A DNA stretch of 59,741 nt from an uncultured Pirellulales bacterium (GCA_964451425.1 CAYVIT010000002.1:25750-85490); one strand, 5' to 3'. Counted from the stretch's first letter, positions 46,209-56,431 are shown. Program-made: numbers and translations. Notes: generated by a model not told the origin, from the letters alone.

Positions 46209-47549
46209 GTGGTCTTGGCAGCCCGGGAAGTTGAAGACATTTTCGCTGATATTCTTGACCGTGCAAAAGCTCTTGACCCAGCCAGTGTGCGGAGGTGGTT
46301 TGAGAAGTTAACAGTTATTCAGCTTAGCGGAGGTTCGCTCGAGATTGGTTGTCCTGATGAGGCAACTGCTCAATTCTTATGCGACAACTGCAAAGACAAC
46401 TTTACCCGAGCCGCACAGCAAATAACCGGCCGTCTTGTTACAGTGGAATTCAACGTTGTTCCCCCTGGCGATACCGGCCGTGGCTCTAAGCGAAGCGTTC
46501 TCGGTCCTAAACTTCATCCTGATTATACATTTGATGATTTTGTAGTTGGGCCGAGTAACCGGCTTGGGCACGCAAGCTGTGTTGCGGTGAGTCATTCGTT
46601 GGGTAATACTTACAATCCGCTTTTTCTCTACGGCAGTTCCGGCCTGGGAAAGACTCACCTTTTGCACGCCGTCTGCCATGAAGTGAAACAGAAACTTGAT
46701 AATGTGGTCATTCAGTTTTTGAGCTGTGAAGATTTTGTCAACAGATTCATAAGAGCGATAGAGACGGGGAATTTGGCAGGCTTTCAAAGCCAGTTTCGTA
46801 CTGTCGATGCACTGGTTATCGACGATGTTCAGTTTCTGCGAGAGCGAGAGCAGAGCCAGGAAGAGTTCTTCCACAACTTTAATGCCCTTTACAACAATGG
46901 TAAGCAAATCATCCTTAGTGCCGACAGCCCACCCGGCAAGATTCCTTCACTTGAAGAACGTCTTATCAGCCGATTTAACTGGGGCCTGGTCGCCAGAATC
47001 GACCCGCCCAGCTACGAGACCAGGGTTGCTATAGTGCAAAAGAAGGCCCACGTTCGTGCTATAAATATATCCGATGAAATAGCTGAATATATTGCCCATA
47101 AAGTACAAGCAAATATCAGGGAGCTGGAAGGCGCATTGACAACTCTCTATGCCGTGGCAACTACTACGGGCAAGCTGATTACACTTGAGCTGGCTCAGAT
47201 AGCTCTGGAAGGTCAAATTGAGTCAGCGGCCAGGCATATCAGTATTACTGATATTATCGATGTGGTCACCAGGTATTTCGACGTTCGTCTTGCGGATTTG
47301 CAGAGCAAGAGACGCAGTCAAAGCATCACTATGCCCCGCCAGATTTGCATGTATTTGGCGAGAAATCTAACTAAACACAGCCTCGAAGAAATAGGTGGAC
47401 ATTTGGGCGGCCGAGACCATACGACCGTTATGCACGCGTGCAGTAAGATTAGCGAGGCTGAGCGCAGCGACAAACAAATGAATGTATTACTGGCTGAACT
47501 AACCAAACAAATTACGAAAGTCCCAACGACACAAATTCCTCAGCATTAA
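46209..47549 (+). CDS. dnaA: chromosomal replication initiator DnaA
   Basis: Walker A GSSGLGKTHLL, a sensor region, and a C-terminal DNA-binding helix (RDHTTVMHA). The track start is a GTG at 46209. A TTG at 46215 is better spaced from AAGGAGGG. Confidence 0.9.
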   Translation: MVLAAREVEDIFADILDRAKALDPASVRRWFEKLTVIQLSGGSLEIGCPDEATAQFLCDNCKDNFTRAAQQITGRLVTVEFNVVPPGDTGRGSKRSVLGPKLHPDYTFDDFVVGPSNRLGHASCVAVSHSLGNTYNPLFLYGSSGLGKTHLLHAVCHEVKQKLDNVVIQFLSCEDFVNRFIRAIETGNLAGFQSQFRTVDALVIDDVQFLREREQSQEEFFHNFNALYNNGKQIILSADSPPGKIPSLEERLISRFNWGLVARIDPPSYETRVAIVQKKAHVRAINISDEIAEYIAHKVQANIRELEGALTTLYAVATTTGKLITLELAQIALEGQIESAARHISITDIIDVVTRYFDVRLADLQSKRRSQSITMPRQICMYLARNLTKHSLEEIGGHLGGRDHTTVMHACSKISEAERSDKQMNVLLAELTKQITKVPTTQIPQH

Positions 47550-47666
47550 CGAATTAATCCACGTGATTGGCGGTTATTGGATACGGGCTTGTATCAGGTA
47601 CTATATGAGGCAAAAAAGAATTGTGTGAGCAAAAAAGTTGTTTGGACTAACCGAGTGATGGCAAAT

Positions 47667-47697
47667 AAAAAAGGCTGTGATAAAGCTCACAGCCTTT
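47667..47697 (-). terminator. intrinsic terminator, probably bidirectional (dnaA and PEP-CTERM gene converge here)
   Basis: AAAGGCTGTGA-taaagc-TCACAGCCTTT, with a 6-A run on the plus side that gives a T run on the minus strand. Confidence 0.65.
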
Positions 47698-47722
47698 GAA
47701 TTTCATAATCTATGATACCAAT

Positions 47723-48442
47723 CTATTGTCTGCGTTTTCTTAACAAAGCCAATGAACCTAAACCGAGCAGGAGTATCGTAGCCGGCTCTGGAATCTGGCC
47801 ATAGAATTGGAACGTTTCAGACAGATATCCTGTGCCGTTGGTACCGCCAGTTACTGAAAAAGACTTACGAACATATATCATGTTTAATGGGTCGAATTCA
47901 GTGTAAGCACTGATAAAGGCATCGCCGTCACCTTCCTGCTTGGAGGTGCTTAATGATGAACCCAGTAGGCTTCCACCTGGGAACTGACCATCCCAGACAG
48001 TTTCGCCGCCATTGACAACACCAGTACCCGTGGTAAATGCTCCAAGAAGATACAACGAGACATCCTCTATTGAAAAGGCATCGGGCACAACAGATACAGT
48101 GAAATTAAGACTTGGAACGGTTATTATCTGGTCGGAGCCAGCCTGCCAAGAGAGCAGGAAACGTAAACCGTAATCGCCGCTTACGTCGTCTCGGCCGCCC
48201 TGTATAAAAACCGTATCAGCGCTCGGATCGATCGCACCTCCGCTTCCAAAACCGAACACCTCAAAGTCAGCAATTATTAAGTCCCCGAACGCCAATCCGC
48301 CAGCTGGCAGAGAACTGATCGGGACCGGGTTACCAGTTATAGGAACCCAAACTGCTTGCGCGGAACTTGCAAGTAGAATGCTAATTGAAAGACTAAGGAA
48401 AAATAACGTTGACTTCTTTGTGCTCCTCCGGTTGCTTTTCAT
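47723..48442 (-). CDS. PEP-CTERM sorting-domain protein, cassette copy 1
   Basis: Signal peptide MKSNRRSTKKS...SSAQA and a C-terminal IPEPATILLLGLGSLALLRKRRQ. I took the ATG at 48442. Confidence 0.8.
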   Translation of the reverse strand: MKSNRRSTKKSTLFFLSLSISILLASSAQAVWVPITGNPVPISSLPAGGLAFGDLIIADFEVFGFGSGGAIDPSADTVFIQGGRDDVSGDYGLRFLLSWQAGSDQIITVPSLNFTVSVVPDAFSIEDVSLYLLGAFTTGTGVVNGGETVWDGQFPGGSLLGSSLSTSKQEGDGDAFISAYTEFDPLNMIYVRKSFSVTGGTNGTGYLSETFQFYGQIPEPATILLLGLGSLALLRKRRQ

Positions 48443-48501
48443 AATTTCACCCAATTCCTTTTCCTCAAAACAATACGTCACTGTTTTCCAAAGGGATTGA
48501 T

Positions 48502-48517
48502 AGGCGTATATACACCT
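48502..48517. promoter_or_regulatory. 16-nt palindrome in PEP-CTERM leader (one mismatch)
   Basis: AGGCGTATATACACCT lies between the predicted promoter and the ATG. Confidence 0.35.
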
Positions 48518-48540
48518 TCGCACCCTCTCTAATAAACTAT

Positions 48541-48570
48541 ATTGTACAGTGGGGACAGCAGCAGAGTCAA
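48541..48570 (-). promoter_or_regulatory. sigma-70 type promoter of PEP-CTERM cassette 1
   Basis: The minus strand reads TTGACT - 18 nt - TACAAT. Confidence 0.5.
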
Positions 48571-48898
48571 CAAAAAAATCAAAATTTTTTTAAAATTTTG
48601 TGTTTTTTTCAGCTAAAGAAGGTGATTTTCCTAAAAACGCGTTTTTGGGGCAAAAACGCAACATCGATTTTGCTAACTCGCGAGATTCGGTATTAAAGCT
48701 GGTTTCTGGCGCTAAAGGCGAACTTATCTCCTTTATTTTGGAATTGCAAGGCCGTGAAAAATTCATATATCTGAAAACAAGCCAATTAAGTTGCCGAATT
48801 GGCAGTTAAATTAGATTTTATGCTCTGTAGGTGCGGTGAGGACAAAAAGAATGGTGCGAATAAATAGCTTTTAGAACTTTCGCTCAGTAGCGGCAAAT

Positions 48899-48929
48899 AA
48901 AAAAGGCTGTGATAAAGCTCACAGCCTTT
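48899..48929 (-). terminator. intrinsic terminator, duplicate of 47667-47697
   Basis: The hairpin AAAGGCTGTGA-taaagc-TCACAGCCTTT is identical, with a T run on the minus strand. Confidence 0.65.
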
Positions 48930-48962
48930 GAATTTTATAAATTACTCTACTCAATGACAAAA

Positions 48963-49685
48963 CTATCGTTTTCGTATTCTTAACAAAGCTAATGAGCCTA
49001 AACCAAGCAAAAGTATTGTAGCAGGCTCGGGAATCTGGGTGTACATTTGGAATACCTCATTGAGTTTTGCAGTACCGCTGAGGCCGCCAGTGACGGTGAT
49101 ACCATTGTTTAACCATATTTGCTTGATCTGGGCAAAGTTAGCGAAGGCTCTTATGTCGTCGTTGGTGCTGCCTACCTGCCAGGCAGTGCTCAGATTAGCA
49201 AGTAAACCGCCAAAAGGCAATGGCGCGTCATATAATACTTCACTAACGTTTACTAATCCTGTGCCTGTAGCACCAGGAAGGGTAATGATATTCCAGGCGC
49301 CATCAATATACATTGATTTGTAAGTGGGGAGTACGGAAACCTTGTAGTCTATATTCGCACTAATGGATTGGCCTGAACCGACATCCCAGGCAAGTAGAAA
49401 TTTTAATCCGATGTAACCCGTATAATCGTCCATTCCACCCTGTACAAACAATGTATCTGCGGTTGGTGCAATCACGCCACCAGTGGTTATAACTTGATCC
49501 AATTGGAAATCAGAAAATAGTTTGTCTTTTACCACTAATCCGCCTGCTGGAATGGAGCTTAGTGGTATAGGATCACCGGTCAACTCCAACCATGTTGCTT
49601 GCACAGAGCTTAAAAGAAAAATGCTGATTAAAAGACTGATGGAAAATAACGCTGACTTCTTCATACTCCTCCGGTTGCTTTTCAT
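48963..49685 (-). CDS. PEP-CTERM sorting-domain protein, cassette copy 2
   Basis: Signal peptide MKSNRRSMKKS...SSVQA and a C-terminal IPEPATILLLGLGSLALLRIRKR. I took the ATG at 49685. Confidence 0.8.
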   Translation of the reverse strand: MKSNRRSMKKSALFSISLLISIFLLSSVQATWLELTGDPIPLSSIPAGGLVVKDKLFSDFQLDQVITTGGVIAPTADTLFVQGGMDDYTGYIGLKFLLAWDVGSGQSISANIDYKVSVLPTYKSMYIDGAWNIITLPGATGTGLVNVSEVLYDAPLPFGGLLANLSTAWQVGSTNDDIRAFANFAQIKQIWLNNGITVTGGLSGTAKLNEVFQMYTQIPEPATILLLGLGSLALLRIRKR

Positions 49686-49744
49686 AATTTCACCCAATTC
49701 CTTTTCCTCAAAACAATATGTCATTGTTTCTAAAAGGGCTTGAT

Positions 49745-49760
49745 AGGTGTATATACACCT
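49745..49760. promoter_or_regulatory. perfect 16-nt palindrome in PEP-CTERM leader
   Basis: AGGTGTATATACACCT occupies the same position relative to the promoter and ATG as in copy 1. Confidence 0.4.
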
Positions 49761-49783
49761 TCGCACCCTCTCCAATATCCATT

Positions 49784-49813
49784 ATTGTACAAGGGGTATA
49801 GCATAGAAGTCAA
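49784..49813 (-). promoter_or_regulatory. sigma-70 type promoter of PEP-CTERM cassette 2
   Basis: The minus strand reads TTGACT - 18 nt - TACAAT. Confidence 0.5.
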
Positions 49814-49975
49814 CAAAAAAACAAAAATACTTTCAATTTTTTTGCTGGAAAAGGTAAATTTTCCCCGAAACACATTATTTGGAGAAATATGGATTATTGA
49901 GTCGATATTTGGGTTTTTTCGATGTATCAGGAGCTGGAATCGACCTTGAAGTCGCTTTTTGGGATTAAAACGCGG

Positions 49976-50710
49976 TCATTTCTTGTCCCGTTCAGGGATT
50001 GGAAGCCCTAATTCAGTCAGTACTTTTTTCATGTCCTCCCAAACCCTCTGGCGGTTTTCCGTTGAGTAATTTCTGAGTAGGTAGGCGGTATGGTAGGTCG
50101 GCATAAGTTTTATAGGTGCTCTGCCCAGGCCGGGATAGTATTCGTGGAATTGCCCTCGCAATTGTCCAATCGATTTGTTGGTGTTTAACAAAGTCTTGGC
50201 TGCAGGAGCACCGAGAGCTACAATAATCTCTGGATTAATAATCTCAATCTGTTTTTGGAGGTATGGGAAGCAGTTTACTATCTCCTCTGCACGGGGGTCG
50301 CGATTCTCCGGCGGGCGGCATTTTAAGATATTGCCGATAAAGACGTCGCTGCGTTTCAGTCCACAGGCTGTGATTATCTTATCCAGCAGTTTCCCGGCCC
50401 TTCCGATAAAAGGTCGGCCTTGTGCATCTTCATCGGCCCCGGGCGCTTCTCCAACAAACATTATACGGGCATTCGGGTGGCCCTCGCCCGGCACTGCATT
50501 CGTTCGCAACGAACCCAGGTCACATTCTCGGCATAGGCGGACTTCATCGGCGACTTTTTCGAGTTCGGCAGCCGAGTTGATAGTTGATTCTTTCTGTTCC
50601 GCTTGGTCACTCATACTCTTCCGCCCCTTTATTGTAAATCCACCCGTAAAAAACTCATCCATCTGAAGGTGCTGGCGAATCACTTTGTTTATGTCAACAT
50701 TTTTCTGCAT
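49976..50710 (-). CDS. family 4 uracil-DNA glycosylase
   Basis: CRECDL (Fe-S Cys), GEAPGADED, and NILKCRPP motifs. The true start may be the internal MSDQAEQ. Confidence 0.8.
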   Translation of the reverse strand: MQKNVDINKVIRQHLQMDEFFTGGFTIKGRKSMSDQAEQKESTINSAAELEKVADEVRLCRECDLGSLRTNAVPGEGHPNARIMFVGEAPGADEDAQGRPFIGRAGKLLDKIITACGLKRSDVFIGNILKCRPPENRDPRAEEIVNCFPYLQKQIEIINPEIIVALGAPAAKTLLNTNKSIGQLRGQFHEYYPGLGRAPIKLMPTYHTAYLLRNYSTENRQRVWEDMKKVLTELGLPIPERDKK

Positions 50711-50748
50711 TTCGCGAAATTGTAGTAGTATTTTTAGCGTTACGCAAT

Positions 50749-50780
50749 AAAAAAAGGCGCGTACTAAGATAAGCGCCCTT
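50749..50780 (-). terminator. intrinsic terminator after gdhA
   Basis: The minus strand reads GGGCGC-12 nt loop-GCGCC followed by TTTTTTT. Confidence 0.5.
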
Positions 50781-50802
50781 TAGTGTCTATAGTGGAATTA
50801 TT

Positions 50803-52173
<1,371 letters not shown>

Positions 52174-52202
52174 TTAATTTCTGTTTTTAGAAACTGTTAT
52201 CG

Positions 52203-52215
52203 TTAGTTATACTAA
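52203..52215. promoter_or_regulatory. TTA-N7-TAA dyad (LysR-type T-N11-A box candidate)
   Basis: TTAGTTATACTAA lies in the divergent gdhA / LysR intergenic region. Confidence 0.25.
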
Positions 52216-52325
52216 TAATAATATGATATTATAAGTTGATAAGGCCAAGAAACCGTTTAATATACTTTTTTGATAGCGTTATACAAAGGATTAATTAGTA
52301 ATACAACCCATAAGGACGGCTTATA

Positions 52326-53207
52326 ATGCATATAGAAACACTAAAGGTTTTTTGTGATTTGGTGGAGTTGCAAAGTTTCTTGAAGGCCGCTGAAAAACAT
52401 CTTCTAAGTCAATCAGCGGTCTCCCAGCAGCTTGCACAACTGGAGCTTAGACACAAGTGCCAGCTTGTCAACAGGAAGAAAAGACCTATTGAGCCGACAA
52501 AAGAAGGCCATTTGTTTTACAAGGCAGCCAAAGATGTCTTAGAAAGATATGCACAATTAAGTAGTGAGCTCAATGCCCTGAAGTCGGACGGAGCCAGTAG
52601 AATAAATATAGCTGCGATATACAGTATCGGCATGCATAGTCTGCCGGACTATGTTAAGAAGTTTATGGTCACCTATTCGGATGTTAACGTACATATTGAA
52701 TACTTCAGCGACCCCAGAATCTACGAGTTGGTATTATCTGGTGAAATTGATATTGGGCTTGTGGCGGTTCCGAAAAAAGATAAAAGACTCGATGTATATG
52801 AATTTGAGGATGAGCCGTTGCTTCTGGCCTTCAGCCCAAAACATCCCTTATCGCGCGAATCGGAGATTGATATCCACAAGGTGCAATTTGAGCGATTCAT
52901 CGGCTTTGAGAAAGACACCCCTACGCGGATATGGATAGACAATATTTTCCAGCGTTATAATATTATTGTACGCCCTGTGATGGAATTCGATAATGTTGAA
53001 ACCATCAAACGAGCGGTGGAGATAAACTCAGGGATAAGCATATTACCTGAGACAGCCATACTTCAAGAGGTCCAAAGCGGTACAATCAAAGCAATTGGTT
53101 TTTCGAATGAATCTTTTGTCAGGCCGACAGGCATAATCGTTCGTAGAGATAAGATATTAAGCCAGGCCGGACGATACTGTATCAAACTGCTCTGCAAAAA
53201 AGTGTGA
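52326..53207 (+). CDS. LysR-family transcriptional regulator
   Basis: N-terminal HTH (SFLKAAEKHLLSQSAVSQQLAQLE) and a C-terminal substrate-binding fold of typical length. Confidence 0.85.
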   Translation: MHIETLKVFCDLVELQSFLKAAEKHLLSQSAVSQQLAQLELRHKCQLVNRKKRPIEPTKEGHLFYKAAKDVLERYAQLSSELNALKSDGASRINIAAIYSIGMHSLPDYVKKFMVTYSDVNVHIEYFSDPRIYELVLSGEIDIGLVAVPKKDKRLDVYEFEDEPLLLAFSPKHPLSRESEIDIHKVQFERFIGFEKDTPTRIWIDNIFQRYNIIVRPVMEFDNVETIKRAVEINSGISILPETAILQEVQSGTIKAIGFSNESFVRPTGIIVRRDKILSQAGRYCIKLLCKKV

Positions 53208-53250
53208 AGCTCGCGGCGAAATACCAGATGCGATTCACAATATATGAGAA

Positions 53251-53847
53251 ATGCCGATTAAAGCTGTGATATTTGACCTGGATGGGACAATAACCCAACC
53301 CTACTTTGACTTTGACGTTATTCGTGAAGAAATGGGATTGGATAGGAATTCCGGCCCAGTGCTTGAATCAATGCAGAATATGACATCGCAAGAGCGTCGG
53401 CGAGCTGAAGAAATACTGCATTATCACGAGAGCCGGGCAGTGGCAGAGTCCACACTTAACGATGGAGCTAAAGAGACACTTGCGATTCTTCATAAAGCCG
53501 GTATTCATATCGGAATTTTAACACGTAATAAGCGAAGTAACGCAAAGGCCATTGCCCGAAAGCACGGCTTGCAGTTTGATGCTATTGTTGACAGAGAAGA
53601 CGGTCCGGCCAAGCCGGATGCTTTCGGCGTATTGCACCTTTGTCGGCATTTTGAGGTAAAGCCCCGGGAGACTATGCTTGTAGGCGATTATCTTTTTGAC
53701 TTACTGTGCGCAAAGGCGGCAGGTGCCTTCTCAGTACTTCTGGCCAATCACGATAGAGCCGGCGAGTTTGCTGAGCATGCAGATTTTACTATTGAAAACA
53801 TCCGCCAAATACTTCAAATTATCGAGGAAAAGAACAATCCGATATAA
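53251..53847 (+). CDS. HAD-superfamily hydrolase
   Basis: Motif I VIFDLDGTIT, motif II ILTRN, and motif IV-type VGDYLFD. Confidence 0.8.
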   Translation: MPIKAVIFDLDGTITQPYFDFDVIREEMGLDRNSGPVLESMQNMTSQERRRAEEILHYHESRAVAESTLNDGAKETLAILHKAGIHIGILTRNKRSNAKAIARKHGLQFDAIVDREDGPAKPDAFGVLHLCRHFEVKPRETMLVGDYLFDLLCAKAAGAFSVLLANHDRAGEFAEHADFTIENIRQILQIIEEKNNPI

Positions 53848-53864
53848 GAAATGAAAGTGGAATA

Positions 53865-54656
53865 ATGGATAGGAAAATAATAGCAAAAAGTCTGTTTATA
53901 TTGCTTATTGTAGTGTCTGCCTGTTGGGCTGGATGCTCCGCAAAGACAACATCTGTTGAACCTAAAGAAAAACAAGCTAATCCTGTTGATGTGGTCCTGA
54001 ACCAACTGAGCCGGAGGACTAAACAGCTTAAATTTTATGAAGCCAGGGTGGAATATAAAGTTATCCAGCCGGTCTTCGAATCGACAACGCTGAGAAAAGG
54101 TGCTTTGTATTATGCGAAGTCAGGAAGGAAATCGAAGCTTCGGGCGGATTTTAAGACTCTGAAACAGGATGACGAAAAAGAGCAAATATATCGCGAGGAA
54201 TTTATCTTTGACGGCGTCTGGTTGACCCGCATTAACTATCGAATCAAACAGGTGACTATGCATCAATTGGCTGAGCCGAATAAGCCGGTGGATGCATTTG
54301 AGCTGGCCGGCAGGAATCTGCCGATAGTCGGCTTCGCCAAAATAGAAGATTTGAAGAAACAGTTTGACATAAAACTGGTCCAGCAGGATGGGGAGCAGGC
54401 GGAAGATATCCATTTGAATTTGAAAGTAAAATCAGATTCGATATATAAAGATGACTATGTTTCTATCGATTTCTGGATTGATAAGAAATTGGGCCTGCCG
54501 GCCAGGATAAATGCTGTTTCCACGGAACAGGACATTTACCTGATAAAACTGCTAAAGCCAAAGGTCAATAAGCAAATGGAGCAGAGTATTTTTGATTTTA
54601 AGGTCCCCAAAGGATTCGGCAAAGAAATAATACCGTTGAAGAAAAACAAGAATTAA
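53865..54656 (+). CDS. LolA-like outer-membrane lipoprotein carrier/sorting protein family
   Basis: Lipoprotein-like signal (VVSACWAGCS). The ~240-aa beta-rich domain starts with the ..L..L......F.A...Y pattern seen in LolA-like proteins. Confidence 0.45.
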   Translation: MDRKIIAKSLFILLIVVSACWAGCSAKTTSVEPKEKQANPVDVVLNQLSRRTKQLKFYEARVEYKVIQPVFESTTLRKGALYYAKSGRKSKLRADFKTLKQDDEKEQIYREEFIFDGVWLTRINYRIKQVTMHQLAEPNKPVDAFELAGRNLPIVGFAKIEDLKKQFDIKLVQQDGEQAEDIHLNLKVKSDSIYKDDYVSIDFWIDKKLGLPARINAVSTEQDIYLIKLLKPKVNKQMEQSIFDFKVPKGFGKEIIPLKKNKN

Positions 54657-54786
54657 CCTTAGATTGAACAGATTGCTCGGATTAAAAAGTATTATCATAG
54701 GGAACATGGAGGAACAAATAGGAAAATTGAAACGAAAAGCAGGATCTGATATTGAAAAATCAAAAGGGAAATAGAAAGGGTTAAAG

Positions 54787-55263
54787 ATGGCGAAGGGGAT
54801 AGTTATATATTATTCGAGAAGTGGGAATACGAAGGAGATGGCTCAGATTATAGCCGAGTCGATGAATGAGGCGGGCCTCCAGACGGATTGCAAATCTGTA
54901 GACAAGGTAAAGGCCAAAAAATTGCTTGATTATGATGCGATAGTCATCGGTTCGCCGACATACTACGGGCTTATGGCTGGGCCTGTTAAAGAGCTGATTG
55001 ATGAGACAGTAGCATTTCATGGCGGCCTCGATGGAAAAGTGGGGGCGGCATTTTCCAGTGCGGGAAATATCGGCGGTGGAAACGAAACGACCATTATGGG
55101 CATAATTGAGGCAATGCTGATAGCCGGTATGGTTGTGCAGGGCGACCCAAAGGGCGACCACTATGGGCCTGTTTCCATCGGAAAGCCTGATGAAAGAGTC
55201 AAGGAGCAATGCCGGCGTAGGGGACGAAGAATCGCAGAATTAACCAAAAAAATGTTGGCTTAA
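54787..55263 (+). CDS. flavodoxin-fold FMN protein
   Basis: IVIYYSRSGNTKEMA FMN-phosphate loop and IVIGSPTYYG. Confidence 0.75.
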   Translation: MAKGIVIYYSRSGNTKEMAQIIAESMNEAGLQTDCKSVDKVKAKKLLDYDAIVIGSPTYYGLMAGPVKELIDETVAFHGGLDGKVGAAFSSAGNIGGGNETTIMGIIEAMLIAGMVVQGDPKGDHYGPVSIGKPDERVKEQCRRRGRRIAELTKKMLA

Positions 55264-55442
55264 AGGCAAAAAAACGTCCTAAGGCTGGAATACAAAGCCG
55301 GAGAGGCAAGAGCAGCCGGAAAGAATACGTAAGTTCATAATTTACAAGGGAATAAGACAGTATTGTGTTTGTCATCTTTTAGATGTTTATCTTGAAGGTA
55401 CAACAAAAAACAGCGTTTTTTTTGCAAAAAATGCTATTTTCT

Positions 55443-55471
55443 TTGACAAAACAGTTGCAGGCCGTTAAGTT
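55443..55471 (+). promoter_or_regulatory. sigma-70 type promoter upstream of the Hc1-like ORF
   Basis: TTGACA - 17 nt - TAAGTT. Confidence 0.4.
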
Positions 55472-55529
55472 TTGTGAAATTTTAAGACATTATTAGCAAT
55501 TTAAACGCGCAAAGTGGAGGTTAACTTTG

Positions 55530-55703
55530 ATGCAAGAGTATGAAGATTTGAAAGTGTTGGTTGCTGAAATTGAGTCTGACATTAGCAAGGCCGAAGGTGG
55601 GAATAAGGCAGCAGGGACGCGGGTTCGCAAGCAGATGCAGAAGGTAAAGCAGTCTGCTCAGGTTGTTCGAAGCCGTATTCTCGAAATCAGATCAACCGAA
55701 TAA
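55530..55703 (+). CDS. histone H1-like Hc1-family nucleoid protein, conserved domain only (57 aa)
   Basis: This ORF is absent from the supplied track because it is under 60 aa. It has an ATG with GGAGG 9 nt upstream. KAEGGNKAAGTRVRKQMQKVK matches the conserved core I recall from chlamydial Hc1/HctA (KAEKGNKAAAQRVR). Confidence 0.7.
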   Translation: MQEYEDLKVLVAEIESDISKAEGGNKAAGTRVRKQMQKVKQSAQVVRSRILEIRSTE

Positions 55704-55776
55704 ATTATCACAGGTGTTAACAAACGCTGTTTTTCCTGTTTAATCTGCGTAATACATAACGTGCGCAGGGTAAACT

Positions 55777-55800
55777 TTGCCACTGCTTTGTAAGTGGCAA
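55777..55800 (+). terminator. hairpin downstream of the Hc1-like ORF (weak terminator candidate)
   Basis: TTGCCACT-gctttgta-AGTGGCAA followed by TTATGCTATT. The stem is perfect over 8 bp but the T run is poor. Confidence 0.3.
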
Positions 55801-55841
55801 TTATGCTATTGCGCAGAATTTTTCTATTCTGAGGCAGTTTA

Positions 55842-56318
55842 ATGCCGCCGCCATTATTGTTTGATTTATCTCAAATAGACCTTACGAAGGAACCTGTCTT
55901 TGACAAAGAAGCTATTTATAAGGTTAATCCCCAGCGATTTGAGATGCAGCAGCTTGACGGCATCCTCTGGTATGATAGGAAAAAACTCCTGATTTTGGGT
56001 TATAAGGATGTAACAGAGGAGGAATTCTGGGTACGTGGCCACATTCCCGACCGGCCTTTGATGCCTGGTGTAATAATGGTGGAGGCGGCAGCTCAACTTT
56101 CAAGTTTTTTCGTAAAAGAGGTCTATGGAATGGAAGGCTTTATCGGTTTTGCCGGCATAGATGAGGCGAAGTTCCGCTCTATAATCGAGCCGGGAAAACG
56201 ATTATACCTGCTTGCTCACCTCACAAAATTCAAGCGCAGGAAGTACACCTGCAGTGTCCAGGGTGTTGTTGACGGCACGATGGTATTTGAAACGGTCGTA
56301 TCGGGACTGATCGTCTAA
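55842..56318 (+). CDS. FabZ/FabA-like hotdog-fold 3-hydroxyacyl-ACP dehydratase
   Basis: HIPDRPLMPGVIMVEAAAQ matches the FabZ active-site motif H.P..P.MPGV...EA.AQ. Confidence 0.65.
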   Translation: MPPPLLFDLSQIDLTKEPVFDKEAIYKVNPQRFEMQQLDGILWYDRKKLLILGYKDVTEEEFWVRGHIPDRPLMPGVIMVEAAAQLSSFFVKEVYGMEGFIGFAGIDEAKFRSIIEPGKRLYLLAHLTKFKRRKYTCSVQGVVDGTMVFETVVSGLIV

Positions 56319-56335
56319 TCCGAATTCTTCAAAGC

Positions 56336-56362
56336 CACAGAGTTCACAGAGAACACAGAGGG
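56336..56362. repeat. tandem 9-mer x3
   Basis: CACAGAGTT CACAGAGAA CACAGAGGG, in the convergent intergenic region. Confidence 0.7.
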
Positions 56363-56431
56363 ATTTTTGTTTTTGACGCAGATTTCGCAGAGAAAAGCAG
56401 CTACGAACTATGAACAACGAACTAAAAACTA

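Noticed and set aside
48443-48523. N-terminal extensions of the two PEP-CTERM ORFs (RRCIYAYQSLWKTVTYCFEEKELGEI), conserved between copies
   Set aside because: The extensions start at non-ATG codons within about 10 nt of the predicted transcription start. Substitutions between copies are mostly non-synonymous. A canonical signal peptide begins at the internal ATG. I treat the region as a conserved leader, not coding sequence.
55408-55732. 11-nt inverted repeat AAACAGCGTTT / AAACGCTGTTT flanking the Hc1-like ORF
   Set aside because: It is short and A/T-rich. The first copy is itself part of a local A7-C...G-T8 palindrome. There is no further similarity of the flanks, so a mobile-element boundary is not supported.
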